Below are positions 13,789 through 27,117 of a DNA stretch of 64,000 nt, piece by piece. The notes under the pieces were generated by a model, which had not been told where the DNA came from, ran no database searches, and worked only from the letters and a program-made list of their open reading frames with translations. Position numbers and translations under genes: made by a program. Every line of letters starts with the position of its first letter. Within the stretch, counting starts at the first letter, position 1. Source of the DNA: Diadema antillarum (Eukaryota); assembly GCF_040938485.1 (NCBI RefSeq), contig NW_027271045.1, forward strand, positions 868,001 to 932,000. Reading direction: 5' to 3'.

Positions 13789-14024
13789 NNNNNNNNNNNN
13801 NNNNNNNNNNNNNNNNNNNNNNNNNNNNNNNNNNNNNNNNNNNNNNNNNNNNNNNNNNNNNNNNNNNNNNNNNNNNNNNNNNNNNNNNNNNNNNNNNNNN
13901 NNNNNNNNNNNNNNNNNNNNNNNNNNNNNNNNNNNNNNNNNNNNNNNNNNNNNNNNNNNNNNNNNNNNNNNNNNNNNNNNNNNNNNNNNNNNNNNNNNNN
14001 NNNNNNNNNNNNNNNNNNNNNNNN
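13789..14024. other. Assembly gap (236 N)
   Basis: Run of N. Confidence 1.
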
Positions 14025-14291
14025 TTATCCATTTTGGACTCCATAAACATTGGTCTCACAGATGACTTATAATGCAGTAATATTTCATGCATTTACTAAA
14101 TTACACTCACTTCCAAGGAAAATGTACTGCATGGCAGTAGCAAAGCATTGCAATCATACAGATCTACGACCTTACAAGAAGGTTCATATAACTAGCTTTC
14201 ATTGATGTATGCCTGTTAAGGTCAGTTTGAACGTACAGAAATGACAGGAATGACATGTGAAATCATGAAACATTAAATTTGACTATGAATA

Positions 14292-14716
14292 CAGTATATA
14301 GTACTCTGCTTAATTGGGTACCGCTTAATCGGGCATTCCCAATTACAGTAGCCATGAAACACATGGGGACACAACAGAATTCATTGCAGCATTTGGCTGC
14401 ATACCATGCATAGGAATTTAGTTACACGTACATGACACATACTTAGAAGCATGCATGTGACTCCATGAGGACTCAGGGCTGTATGCAGATTATTTACGGA
14501 GTTATGCTGCAGACACTAATGCTGTTGTGTGACTTTATATGAGCTGTGACTGTAGGTGACATATTGTGCTGTGAGTTTAATATAGAGAGGTTGTAATTAG
14601 TTTCTGGGGCATCTGGGATGTGAACCAATCAACATTCTTTCCGGTTAATTGGGTACTCCACTTAATTGGGTAAGAAATGCTCTGCAAGACACTACCCGAT
14701 TAAGTGGAGAGTACTG
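14292..14716. mobile_element. Tigger-type MITE, TA TSD
   Basis: AGTACTCTGCTTAATTGGG...CCGATTAAGTGGAGAGTACTG|TA. Confidence 0.65.
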
Positions 14717-15002
14717 TACATTTTCAAAACAAACTGAGATTTTGATACATGATCTAGGTCTCTTGCCTCAACTTCTGACACACACAAAAAAAAGGGGGGG
14801 GGGGGGGGAAAGGCCTTCAGCACAATTTCCTGTTGCCACTTCTGGATTTCTTCAGCTAACAAGCAAAAAATACTGTCGCCATTTTCTGCTTTTCATCAGC
14901 TGACAAGCAAAAAAAAAAAAAGACAAACAACCAACCAACCAACCAAACAAAAAACCAGCCTTCACTACAGTCTTCTGGCACAACTTCCAAGGGTAATTGG
15001 CT

Positions 15003-15037
<35 letters not shown>

Positions 15038-16949
15038 TCCTTGGTAACCACATTTTTGTGGTACCACTTCCAGGGTAAAAAAGTGGGAGCCCAAACTGAA
15101 TAGAGCCTATGTATTCCTATGCATGAAAAAAAGTATAAGAGGGGTTAGTCGTTTTGTTGTGTTTTCATGCCAAGCATACCCACCCCCTCAAAAGAAAAAA
15201 AAAAATAGGATTATGAAAAGTTGATTCATCCCTCAATATATTGTTTAAAATTCTTATAACTGAAAATAGTAAAGAAAAAATAGGATTACAAAAAATTGAT
15301 TTATCCTTCATTATATTGTTTAAAATTCTCATAAATGAAAATTGCACATTCTTGAAATGAACATTTTAAATTTTCATAAATTGTATTGCAAACAAAAAAC
15401 AAAACTGAAGCTATCACTCTCCCCCATGATAATTATACAGTTGTTGATCTCTAGGCTATAGTCAAATTCTATCAAGGGTATCTTGACTTACACATCCTCC
15501 ATGGTGGAGACAACTTACCTGAGGTGTCTATTAGTGCATCTGCAGGAATTGATTTTACTTCATATTTGATGAATAATGCCTACACTTGTACAGAATAAAG
15601 AGACGTCAGGTGAGGAGACCTGAAACGTAGACCTATAGTCTAAATACATCTGTAGGAAAATGGATGTCGTTACAGAGGTCGAATGAGGATCAACCATGTT
15701 AAAATGACTGATCACTAGGGGGGCTCTGCTGGACCTTGTGCACTTAGCACATACTGTCGGCACTGTTTCAATAGTAGTTTCTCTTCTAGAAGTCCTTCAT
15801 GGTTTTATTTGTACATGGAAAAGGGAAATCATGCTTGTTTCCCTGTATATCGGCAATAGAAGCTAGTCAGAACAAACAGAGCAGTGGAAGCTGCGTAGCA
15901 ACAATTGACTGGGGTTCCCAAACAATTAGTATGTTGATAAAGAAATTTGACATTTGTTATTTCCATCCCAATATCAATGGTATCTTGATTATCAAAATCA
16001 TGATTAGGATGGAATGTTTGTTGTCATCATGACTGGATATGAGCAAAGGTGTGTTAATTTTTTTTAAATCACAGTATTAGTAGTAAAGCTTTTTACAGCA
16101 TTTGCATGTCAAAATTCAATTATATGAAGGAGAATCACATCCACATAAATGTTATACATGTATATTGCCATGAATGTATGCAATCTTAAAAGTATTCTTT
16201 GTATATTATGTAGAAAGGTGTTCTGCATAGTAAGTAGCTGAAAGCTATCAGATGTAAGCCATTTTCTGAAAGGCAGATGAAGTTAAGACACTTTGTCAGC
16301 TAGATACATTGTAAATATCATGCATTGGTATGATGTGTATACATCAATTATGTTTATTAACCCTTTGAGGACGGGGTGGTTTTGCTAAAACATGCACTTC
16401 CCGTACACACCTGCACGAGTATACTCGTAACTCATCTTCAACAGGTTAATTAATGCTAAGTCAGTGTAATCAGGTGAGTAGGCCTATACACATGATTTCT
16501 ATGCCAATGCCCATGTGCTATATGTAGTACTGACAGCATTTATCCAGGAATTCCGTAAAGGGGAGGTGCCTTCACAAAATTAAGGGGGGAGGGGATGCAT
16601 ACACCCCCAATTTTCTTCTTTTTATTTCTTTTGTTTTAACAAAAAATAAAGAGGGGTGCACACCCCGTGCACCCCCCTCTGGATCCGCCACTGTTTATAC
16701 AAGGAATTCATTTGTATAGTGCGTCCCTTGTTAAAGTAAATCACAATAATGATGTTACGACATGACATGACACAACACAACACAATATGATACAACAGAA
16801 TTAACACTGGACTGAATTACACTTCACTCACTGCATCCCATTTCACTTTGGATACACATCAGTGTATATGTTTGATTGTGCTTCTTGGATGGAATGTTTC
16901 AATAAATCCAGCATTAAACCTGAACAGGCTGGAGTTATAGCAGCAAACA

Positions 16950-17560
16950 ACAAGTTGGACAGTGTGTTTATTGTAATGTCTCAATGATTGATCATGTTTC
17001 AATGTCCAATACAAGAATGCATTTGCAATTACGATACCCCTTCTCGTAGTTATGCAGTGAAGCTACATTTAGATGCCTTGATATTGTATAATGGCATTTC
17101 TTCAGTTATAATATTCTCTGTCCACTTTGGCATAAATTTCATGAGGTTAGTTGTACTTGAATGCATCAAGCTACTCTGTTTAAACAGACATCTAGTCCCA
17201 ATTTGATACATGTATAAACAAACATACAGGAATGGAAGTTTGTTAGGAAATTAGTAAAAGACGGTTTATCATTAAACTCAAAGTAAGGCTCTTTCATAAT
17301 CAAGATTGACGAGCCAGCCACAAGAATCTAAAACTGCAAATTATTGTTGCTCTTTGGTATACTTGTTTTTATGTAATGTTGCAGGGTTTGTGAGACAATA
17401 TAACTCTAGAGAATCCCTACATGAAGGAAAATAGGTGTCCATGATATATTTGAATAATGTGAGAATCCTTTCCTGCCGGATACAGCTTTGTAAAATACAA
17501 TTTCAATTTTTGTGAGATGTTTGATGGAGTGTGATGAGGACAAAACTGTTAAAAAGCCTG
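16950..17560 (-). mobile_element. Highly decayed L2/CR1-type LINE RT remnant
   Basis: Minus-strand pieces loosely resemble NYRPISIL..LSKILER, HSTTT.L.K...W..N and DLSKAFD in the expected order. Very diverged. Confidence 0.4.
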
Positions 17561-17638
17561 TCATACATTCTTCAGCTGCAACACTATATTACTTCGACCT
17601 TCACATGTTGGTGGTTAAAAAAAATCACCCCCCCCCCC

Positions 17639-17678
<40 letters not shown>

Positions 17679-17756
17679 TTCCGAATGATGAATGCATGGT
17701 GAGGCTTGGAAGAGGAAAATGGGGGTGCGACCCTTTCAACAAACTTTCTAAGAACC

Positions 17757-17898
17757 NNNNNNNNNNNNNNNNNNNNNNNNNNNNNNNNNNNNNNNNNNNN
17801 NNNNNNNNNNNNNNNNNNNNNNNNNNNNNNNNNNNNNNNNNNNNNNNNNNNNNNNNNNNNNNNNNNNNNNNNNNNNNNNNNNNNNNNNNNNNNNNNNN
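17757..17898. other. Assembly gap (142 N), just upstream of the gene B promoter region
   Basis: Run of N. Confidence 1.
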
Positions 17899-18588
17899 GC
17901 CGTTCTCTGCAGTGAACATAACACCCGCGCGTTGTTTCCACGCCGATGAAAACTTTACACCAATGACTGACGAGGATTCCAATGATCGATAAATACAATA
18001 AGAATTTCGTCAGAGGCACGATCGATTAATCGAGTGCTCACTACCTTGGACATAAGTTATATCCCCTTGATTATAGCGTATTACCAAATGGTACCAAGAC
18101 AAAAAGAAGGCCGTAACAATGTATTGTTTGCAAGCAAAAACGACCTACTGATGTGGTGAATAAGATGTAACAGCAGCATTCGAACCTACGAGGTGGATAT
18201 AATAAAGCAAAAAAAAGGAGGCGCATCTTGCCAAGCGCGTCTTTTTCTCAATTCGATTATCAAAAATATTCCCGATGCCTGGTAAGCGAGGCTAAGCAAG
18301 TTGTACGCAAGCGCACTCTAACTCAACCCCGGATGCATTTACGTGATACGTATGGATTACTGAACGTTCAGCGCGCGGTTTCTCCGTATGTCAGTGTCGT
18401 GGCCATCCGCCGCGAACTATCCGCATCCGGACCATGATTGTACCAGCAGGCGCGTGTCCGTAATTCGTACGCACGCACCGAATGAGGAGACCCAGCGAAA
18501 CCGCGCTGTGTGTGCCGAATTATCCGCATTGTTTTAAGGCTAAAATTACTATTTCCACGGGCTTTGTCTGCGCACAATTTTCATTAAA
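17899..18588 (+). promoter_or_regulatory. CpG-rich probable promoter/5' UTR of gene B
   Basis: CpG-rich stretch directly upstream of ATG 18589 and continuing into exon 1. Confidence 0.5.
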
Positions 18589-19329
18589 ATGAGCGATAAA
18601 ATGATAGATGCGATAGACAATCAAACTATGGAGAGTATTATACTGCAGAGAAATAATAGTCGGCGATCGGATGTTTGGCAGTTCATGGAACACAACGAGG
18701 AGTCTCGGTATGTCACTTGCAAATTGTGCGGATTTCGTCTAACCTCCTCGTCACGAAGCGGTACATCTAACTTGAGGAATCATTTAATGAATCGACACTC
18801 GGATGTGTATCGCCCCGCTAAAATACCGGATCGTGCCAAACGAAAGTACGAGGGTTGTGATCGCGATGTTGAGGATTCACATCCTGTTGGTCTCGATGAC
18901 GCATTGGGCGTTGATACCTCAGACGAAAGCGGATGGCAGAGCCAACAAACCACTCTCCGATCGAGGAGTTGCGTCGGTGACGAGCCTGCTGCTGCTGGTC
19001 AACGGCGGAGTGAACAGCACAGCAACGGCAACACGTCGAAGGGGAGCGCGCGACTCATTGGTATCAAGAAAGAGAAGGTTGGAAAAGAACCGAATCAGAA
19101 TGAAGCGAAGAAGAAAGCTCAGACAAATAAGCTGGCAACCATTTCCAAGGACAAAGGCAATGATAAAACAGCGAAGAGGCACTGGTGCTCTGCTCCACGC
19201 TCTCGAGCCATCACCAACCTGATTTTTAGAATGGTCGTGGAGGATTTATTACCATTGTCCGTGACAGAGGGAACAGGATTGCGTGGATTAGTTCATGGTC
19301 TGGAGCCAGGATATGACTTCCCTTCCAGG
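18589..19329 (+). CDS. ZBED1-like gene B (domesticated hAT transposase), exon 1 of 3: BED finger, linker, N-terminal dimerisation region
   Basis: ATG at 18589. Encodes RSDVWQF...CKLCGFRL...GTSNLRNHLMNRH and MVVEDLLPLSVTEGTGLRGLVHGLEPGYDFPSR. Donor AGG|gtaaaa at 19329/19330, 741 nt, phase 0. Confidence 0.88.
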
Positions 19330-19912
19330 GTAAAACCAATATAGAATTACCACCACCCGTAACCTTGTTGATAGTTATAGTTACCTAAAATACTTGCATC
19401 TGAGTCTCCGAAGTCGAATAGATGTTAAGTTTGAACACTTTTAGTAGGCCGTATTTACAAGTGTCGGAAAATCTTGATCGTGATCATCTGGTCTGAATGT
19501 AACTGCGACAGCCGCCACACTGTGTGGCGGCTGCGCCGTGCTCCCATAAAAGATCTTCATGTTGAACAAACGGGTGCCTTTGCGGCGCTATATTTCCTTA
19601 ATTTTTCAACAGAAACTACTAGGAATACTTACATGGGTCGATGAAACCTAAATGACTATCATCGGCGACTGTTTGATGCATTTCATTGCTTGTGATGCAC
19701 AAAATGATGTCTTATAAGCAGCTCACCGATGTTCACAGAATTCACAATCACTTGCACAAGCGCACAGAATACTTGAACTAACATAAGCGAAACTGCGGGG
19801 AAGCCGCCAGGACCGCGCCTGGCGGCGCGGTCTCCGGGGCTAGTCTGAATGCAGCGACGACACAGCGGTTTTTTCTACATGGTGTCATTGAAATTGAAAA
19901 GCTAACGGTTGA

Positions 19913-21012
19913 AGGACAAGTTCACCTTCAGTTCAGAGACATGTGGATTGAGTGAATGCAACAATATTTATAGAACACATCAGCAATAGTTTGAGGAAAA
20001 TCGGACAATCAGTTTAAAAGTTATGATTTTTTTAAGTTTCTGCTTAGTCACTGCTGGATGAGAAGACTACCACAGCTTGTGATGTCACATGTGTACAATG
20101 ATATTAAGAAAGTATGAGGAAAATTCAAGATATTTTCCCTTTTCTCGCATAATAAAAGACCGCTTCAATTCCCTCTTTTAGAAGGCAAGGGGAATAATAA
20201 TGTAATATTACCCTTAACATACGTCAGTGACAAGTCGAGGAAATGTGCACCTTTTTCAAAAAGTAAAATTTTGTGAAATTCTCTTTATATTTCTCTTATA
20301 TCGTTGTACCACTGAACTCTATAGTGGAAGGGGCGCTGTGCGCACTTGGCGCGCACTACACACCGAAAAGCAACTACGCTCGTGTTGCACTGTGGGTAAA
20401 AGCTTGAAGCCACCGGAAGTGCTGGCCGGTGGTGGCCATTTTGGGACTTTGCTATGGGGCACCAAAAAGGTGCCAAGAATCACATGGCTATTTTGTTACA
20501 AAATGAGTAATTTTGAATTCAGTCATTTCGTTGAAGAAATGTTCACTTTTGTCAAAAAACCAGTTGTTTTGTTAGGACATGTTCATTTTGTCGACTAAAG
20601 AGCCATTTCGTAATGAAATAGCCCATGCGATACTTGGCGCCCCATGATTTACACCAAAGTGACTTTCCACTGAGGAACGTGCCAAAGCGTCTTTGTGCAC
20701 CACAATAGCGTAGAGTAAAGTGGGCGGGGCCTAAAGGTGGAGTCCTAAAATGGCAGCGCCAACTAAAGCACTTGCGGTGGCTTCGAGCACTGCGCGTAAC
20801 GTCACTTCCAATATAGAGTTCAGTGCGTTATACGCATGTGACATCATACACTCTAGTAGTCTTCTCATCCAGCAGTGACTGTGCATGCTAGCTTAAAAAT
20901 TCATAACTTTTGAACGGATTGTCCAATTTTCCCCAAACTTTCACTGATGTGCTCTACAAATACTGCATTCACTCACTCCACATGTACAAGTATATGAAGG
21001 TGGACTTGTCCT
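19913..21012. mobile_element. Kolobok-like MITE with long (about 190-bp) TIRs, carrying a nested element
   Basis: ttga|AGGACAAGTTCACCTTCA...TGAAGGTGGACTTGTCCT|TTAA. A family member without the nested insert lies at 36976-37540 and a decayed one at about 3790-4265. Confidence 0.8.
20310..20825. mobile_element. Nested TIR element with near-perfect 8-bp TSD (hAT- or P-like)
   Basis: CGTTGTAC|CACTGAACTCTATAGTGGAAG...CTTCCAATATAGAGTTCAGTG|CGTTATAC. Confidence 0.7.
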
Positions 21013-21240
21013 TTAAAGTTTGTTTTTCCTCTTTTCCTCGGCCAAGTCTTGCGTTAGCAGTTGTAACGTTAGCTTCAAAGTGGTTGAACGTGTGCGCGAG
21101 TACGTGTTGCCACTTATATCTTTCCCTGAGTCTTTCTGTTCTATCTTTTCTTTCATTTTCAGGAAGAATCTGTAGGCCTATAGTAGGCTATAAATTTTGC
21201 TTTCCTTTTTATCAATTATTTCATTGTGGTTTTCCTCTTG

Positions 21241-21542
21241 CAGAGACTCCAACCCCAAGCACCTTCTGATCTGGAGATTCTCCCACCTGAAACCCCTAGC
21301 AAACGGGAGACTCGAACTTGATGTGTGCGAAGCGCGAAATTTCTTGTGGCGGGGTCCAGCTCTACGGTTCTAGATGCTATTTCATGTTATCTAAGGCTTA
21401 TTTTTCAACATACGATGACCCTAAGTACGAAATCATTTCAAGCGGGAGAAATTGAATCTCAAGCGGGAGAACAGGAGATTTTGCAAAAATGGGCTTTCGG
21501 CGGGAGATCTCCCGTCGAAAGCGGGAGAGTTGGAGTCTTCTG
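21241..21542 (+). mobile_element. MITE with 6-bp TSD (hAT6-like), copy 1 of a close pair
   Basis: CTCTTG|CAGAGACTCCAAC...GTTGGAGTCTTCTG|CTCTTG. Highly similar along its length to 31586-31888 in the opposite orientation. Confidence 0.85.
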
Positions 21543-22040
21543 CTCTTGTCTAACTTTCTCAATTTCCTATGTAACTGTACTTTCTGCCTAATTGTTCTGT
21601 GTTTCCTTCATGGGTTATTTTCCCTCCAACTACAAAGGGTTTTTCCTTTCTAAATTCTATTCTTTCCAATACCTTTTTCTTATGTGCAGTTCTAATGAAT
21701 CATTTTCTTCATTTCCTTTTCAACCTGTATAATTCCTTCCTAATCTTTGCCTTTAATAATCCAGTTTTGATTCATCTCTTCTTCTAAGTAGACCCTATGT
21801 TTTTCAGTTTTCAATCTTCATTTTTTCTCTTTGCTTTCTTCTTTTCTTTTCAAACATACATGTATCCATCTCTCCCTTGCTTTCCTGTAATAATATAATG
21901 CAAGTTTCTCTTTTTTCTTTCCTTTCATTATCTGTTAGTAAACTATTTTCTAAACCTTTTGTTTCATTTTTCCAGGTTTTGTTAATATCTTTTCTTTCAT
22001 TTCCTTTTCCTAGCCTAAAGGCTTTAGGCCTAGACCCTCT

Positions 22041-22737
22041 ATATGTGACCGTGCACCTCAAAACAAACAAAAAGTCGCCAGACATGAATTTTTAGTTAAG
22101 ACCATATTCTGAAAGAGCAGACTTTAAGCTTTAAAATGATGTATAACTCAAATCAAATGGACTCTTCTAACCTATCTGAATATTGGAAAGAAAGCACAAA
22201 CTCAGGAAAAGTGTGAACTGAGAAAAGAGGCTCTGAAGTACAGTGCCTATTCAAGCGCTTAATCTTTACCAAACCGTGCTGGCTGTGCGATGAATGGGAC
22301 AAAAAACAGGAAGTAAACCACCAGAGTAACAACAATGAAGGGATTATCAGATTAAAATGAAATTAAGCATGCCTCATTAACACATTCTGTCCGTAATTAA
22401 TGCCAACTTTCAAAGCAGTAGCACTATTCTTTCAAAAGTTATTAGAGTTGAAAGTGAAGAGTGTGGACAAGGTTTTTCAGAAATGAAAAAGGGATTCTAA
22501 AGACACACCTAATCACACTATTCTACCAAAAATGTTCGAGATAAACTGCTAAACAAACACACTTTCCTGCCCGTTTTATGAAACCAAATTTTAGCATAAT
22601 GTAAAAGAAGACCCGCTCTTTCAGAAAATATGAAAAAGTCAAGTTCGGCTAGGTTGACCCATTTCACTTATTTTCAGTCCTCACGCAAAATCAGTGTGTG
22701 CGACTTTATGTTCGTTTTTAGGTGCACGGTCACATAT
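22041..22737. mobile_element. TIR MITE flanked by ATAT (Sola1-like target)
   Basis: ATAT|GTGACCGTGCACCTCAAAACAAACAAAAAGTCGC...GCGACTTTATGTTCGTTTTTAGGTGCACGGTCAC|ATAT. A truncated relative lies at about 25940-26525 in the same intron. Confidence 0.72.
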
Positions 22738-23325
22738 TCTTTCAGCCTTGTCGTATAACCACATTTTTCACAATCTTCTTTCATGCACACACATACACGT
22801 ACACACACGTGCATACACACACACAAAACACGAACAATCTCAATCCTCACTCAATCGCTCCCATGACTCGGTACAAGCTGAGAGAAAGGCAGAAAAAGTA
22901 TTATCTTTTTAAAGATACCATAGAATAACTTGCTCTGATCGCTGTGAGATAGCTACATTCAGGTCAAGTGCAGTGCTTGCAGCTATGACCATGTTTTGTA
23001 ACCCGTTCCGCGCTGTCTGCTCGTAATGCAGTTAAATCGCAGAGCAAACTACATTGTAGTTGCGATCGACATATTCCAACAAGTGTATGAAGTGTCAAAT
23101 GGTGAAAAATTCCTTTTTTACTGGACTTGAATCTTACTCAGATGCAAATATTCGAGGCTGTTGGGTATTTAGACTAGAGTGAGTTCGCGCATGTTTGGAG
23201 ATCATTTGACAAACAGGTGCGAAAGTACACTAGTGTCTAGAGATGGTAGAGTTCTAAAAGATTTAACAGCGGCACCCTGTGTATGTGGTTGTTACTAGTG
23301 TTGGTGTATAGTGTAGAATGAAAAG

Positions 23326-23500
23326 CAGGGGCGGATCCAGGAATTCCGTAAAGAGGGGGGGGGGGGGGGTTTACAAAATTAAAGGGGGGGCGCACGCACC
23401 CCTCCTCTCATTTTTTTCTTTTTATTTCTTTTGTTTCAACAAAAAATAAAGGGGGGGGGGGGGCGTGCGCCGGTTGCGGTCCTCCCTGCATCCGCCCCTG
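23326..23500. mobile_element. GC-rich MITE with 5-bp TSD (hAT5-like)
   Basis: AAAAG|CAGGGGCGGATCCAGG...CCTGCATCCGCCCCTG|AAAAG. Related decayed copies at about 16534-16693 and 59409-59929. Confidence 0.75.
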
Positions 23501-23836
23501 AAAAGTTACACCATACACTCTGAAAATAATAAAAACAAGACAAAAGACAAACTCGTAAACAAACTAACAAAAAACTAAACTAGACATGGTTCCATTACAC
23601 ATCCTCTTTTGCGAACATGACACATGACTGAAATTCACAGATATTACCTGTCTATAGTACATGTATAAACTGAGGGCAGGGTGGCGATCTCAAGGTACCC
23701 TTTTAGAGCTGCGCAAATAACAATGCATTGGACGCACTATAGTAACAGCGTTTTTTCACTATGGGGATTCAAAATCAGCAGGGTGGCCATGGGATTCAAA
23801 ACTGCAGTTTTTACGCCATATTTGAGGCAAAACTTA

Positions 23837-24406
23837 AGCCCTTTTTACACTTGTGTTTCTTAGCCCCATACTTTCTCTGACCCAGGACTATCGTTAGTCC
23901 CGTACCAATTTTTTCAGCTTTTTACACTCGCCAATAAATCCTGTACTAAGCTCTTGTCCTGGGATAAGGAGAAAACTGACCTTTTGACACTCGTATTTCT
24001 TAATCCCGTACTTTCCAAACCACATGAATATTCATGATTACGCTGTGCACTGTACAAGTACACGCACACACAGGCAGCACTTGATTACCTCGTTTCTGAT
24101 TGGTCAGTGGGGGGTCGGACTTCGTCTCCCCGTCGCTTAGCCCCGGATTATTTTATCGTTCTGTTTACACTCGCTTGCTTGGCACCGCAATTGCGGGGTT
24201 AGCACCGCAATTGCGATGCTAACCCTGCTTTTTTGCAGGGCCAGATAGTACGGGATTATCGGTGGGGCTAGCCCACTTTGGCAAAAACAAGTGTAAACAG
24301 AAAGTGGGCTAAAGGAAAGTCCGGTACCAACGATGGGGCTAAGGCCCCCCCTTAGCCCCACTGTTGGTACGGGACTAAGCAAAAATTTGCAAGTGTAAAA
24401 AGCCCT
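23837..24406. mobile_element. PIF/Harbinger-like MITE (TTA TSD)
   Basis: TTA|AGCCCTTTTTACACTTG...CAAGTGTAAAAAGCCCT|TTA, with internal repeated ttagcccc and gtcccgtacc motifs. Confidence 0.78.
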
Positions 24407-26916
24407 TTAGGTGATGTCATATACTTTCGGAACAAATGAGCTAGAGGTCCTTAGGGTGGTATTTTAACTAAGTAGTACCCTCAGAATAGCCACAGGTAGC
24501 TAAAAGGCCATGGAATGGTATGGCAAGATTGATGGGGGGGGGGGGGGGGGGGGGAGTAGATCTAATGACATTCCAAGCAAGTAAAGTTGGAAGTGATCAA
24601 ATTCTGGTGAATAACGCAAGATACACATTGTTTGTACACTAGACTGGTCTGCTAGTAAGTACATTTTAGCTTATTTCCAATCAATAGTGGAAATTTCAAC
24701 CCAAGTGGAAAGTATTCATCAATGTTGACTTTCATGTCTTCGCTCAATGTGCACATTTGTACAACTCCCTCTTCTCAAACCTCTCATTTGTGATCACAGT
24801 GTACGCTACCTGCACAATTTGAAACTGAAGTTAGCTCCAACCTCTGTATCTAATAGTTGGCGACATGCCTACATTGTATCTTTCATATAATGTAACCAGT
24901 TCCATAAAGCCACAAATTTCTCCATGCATGAAACTTTCATGAATTTTGCAAGATTCCTGAAAGTACATTTTAATGTAAAGTGCATGCAGAAGATTTTGTC
25001 TATCCCAGCTATACACCACATTGTACCATGGCATGCAATAAAAGTGCCAGTTGGTAATTACGAATTTTCAAAAATGTCATGCCAGGTACAGGCCATTGGC
25101 TCCAGTTCATGAAAGTTTCATGCCACAAATGTTCCTGGCTTTTAATAGAGTAACTAAAAATCAATATAAAGTTTTACACTTCAATCCAGAGTTCAGATGT
25201 GTGTGTGTGTGGTGTGTGTGTGTGCGTGTGACTACCTTTGTCTGTCTGTGTCTGGGTGTGTCAATGTGCTTGGAATTGCATTTCTTAACCATCTTCATTC
25301 AACATGTCATAATCATTTGTGTATTGATATTTAACTTCTATTAGATAGCTAACTTCAGTTTCAAATTCTGCGGGCAGGCATGAGTGTACACTACAGTACA
25401 ATCATGAATTAGAGGCGTACGAAAGGGGTGATTGTTTATGCCAAATTTTTGCCAACTAAATCACAATGTTCCACAGTACATTGAAAGCGCCACAGCTGTA
25501 ACTGTGTCATAAAATTTACATCACAACAAAACTTTCAGTTTTCTATAAAACTTTGCCGTACTGCATTTCTATTACACCAGGTACAAGTTTCTTTTTTAAG
25601 TCACATACATTGTAGCTTTGAAAACAAAATGTTTCCAAAAGCTGTCATGCATTGTGGTCTCAGAATAATGTGGTGGCACACAAAGATATAAACCAGAAAT
25701 GCTCTTACAGGTATTGTAGTAAGTGAAATGTACAGTAAGTACATTCGTATGAGTACATGCACATTCCAGTTTGTTTCTGCCAGATCGAGGGTTACCTCCT
25801 TAGGGTCAGTACCAAATTTGGTGCCAGTTTTCACATTTTGATCTTTATGAAAACATATGGTACTGTCAAATTTTCTTCAAATTTAGCAAACATTATTGCC
25901 AGTGTGATAGAATATTTTGCACTACATCACAAAAAACTACCAAAAAGTTGCCAAACATGGAGTTTTAGTTAAGAGTAGATTCTGAAAGCCCTGAGCAGAC
26001 TGTATGATGATCTATAATTGGACTTTCATTGCCTATCTATGCAAAGGAAAGAAAATGCACATTCTGGAAATGTGTTTGCTGAGAAAAGAGGCATTGAAGT
26101 TTGGGGTATTCGAGTGCTTTTAAAACCTCACTGTGCTGTGCTATGTGCAATGAATGGGACAAAAAACAGGATGTAAGACTCTGTAGCAATCACAATGAAG
26201 GGATTATTAGATTATTAAACCAAAACTTCCTCCACTCATTGAAAGCACATTTTATTAATGACCGATATCAACTCTAAATGCAGTAGCACCATCCTTTCAA
26301 AAATGAGGAGTGTGTAAAGGGTTTTTAAGAAATGAAAGGGGGCCTCTAAGACATCACTAATCACACTATTTTAAAAATGAAAAGATGTTCTGGAAAAGTG
26401 CAAAAAAACATAATTTCCATTCATTTTATGATCCTAAACTTCAGATATAAATGTATAGAAGAATTACTCTGTCAGAAAATATAGAAACGTGAAGATTGAC
26501 CAAGTATGTTGACCCACTTCACTTACCAGAAATGTTTGCGGTCATATTATTTTTGTGAATTTCATGATACCCAATATTTGTGATAGTGGCAATTCGTGAA
26601 AATTTCAGGCTACAAAAAAGACTATTGGCTCCACTTTGCGAAAAATTTAATGCCACCAAAATATCTTGCTTTACTATTTTGATTCCTCACGTAAAACTAT
26701 CGTAGGGAGTGCAACCATTTTGTTGGTTTTGTGATGCCCAGTCACTTGAAAATTGTAGAAATAGACATGATGCCCTCCTGGAGGACCATCAAGTTTGCTA
26801 CATCATGTATGTTCTTAATGATAATGATAAGTCTGCCAGAATGCATGGAAAGTGAACTTGTGATATTCAGGCAAGTGCTTGACTGACTGGTCTCTTGTTT
26901 TCATTGTAAACAATAG

Positions 26917-27117
26917 GAAGAACTTGAGGATCGTCTGTCTGAGAAGCTGAAAGAAGGGCGACAAAAACTTGGTGAACAGATTTCAACTGATGAGCAGAGA
27001 ATTGGTTTAACTTGCACTCTATGGTCTGATTATCAAAGCAAGAACTACATCACTCTAACAGCACACATCATCACAAGTGAATGGAAGAGCAAGATGTGGA
27101 CTGTGGGAACAATCCAA
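26917..27117 (+). CDS. ZBED1-like gene B, exon 2 of 3 (absent from the ORF track)
   Basis: Acceptor ...gtaaacaatag|GAA at 26917. Hand translation EELEDRLSEKLKEGRQKLGEQISTDEQRIGLTCTLWSDYQSKNYITLTAHIITSEWKSKMWTVGTIQ fills the missing hAT segment (cf. LTTDxWTS...Y.TLTAH.I...W). Donor CAA|gtgagt at 27117/27118, 201 nt, phase 0. Confidence 0.88.

Noticed and set aside
13200-15580. Isolated minus-strand exon-like segments (about 13230-13310, 14110-14215, 15519-15580)
   Set aside because: Some have good donors, but they do not join into a coherent ORF and match no protein I recognise.
15722-15790. Minus-strand EEKLLLKQCRQYVLSAQGPAEPP* as the last NUB1 exon
   Set aside because: Only loose resemblance to the NUB1 C-terminus, poor polypyrimidine tract, in-frame stop just upstream, and no EDYLD motif.
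13684-18019. ORF-track entries containing long X runs
   Set aside because: Artefacts of reading through the two N gaps.
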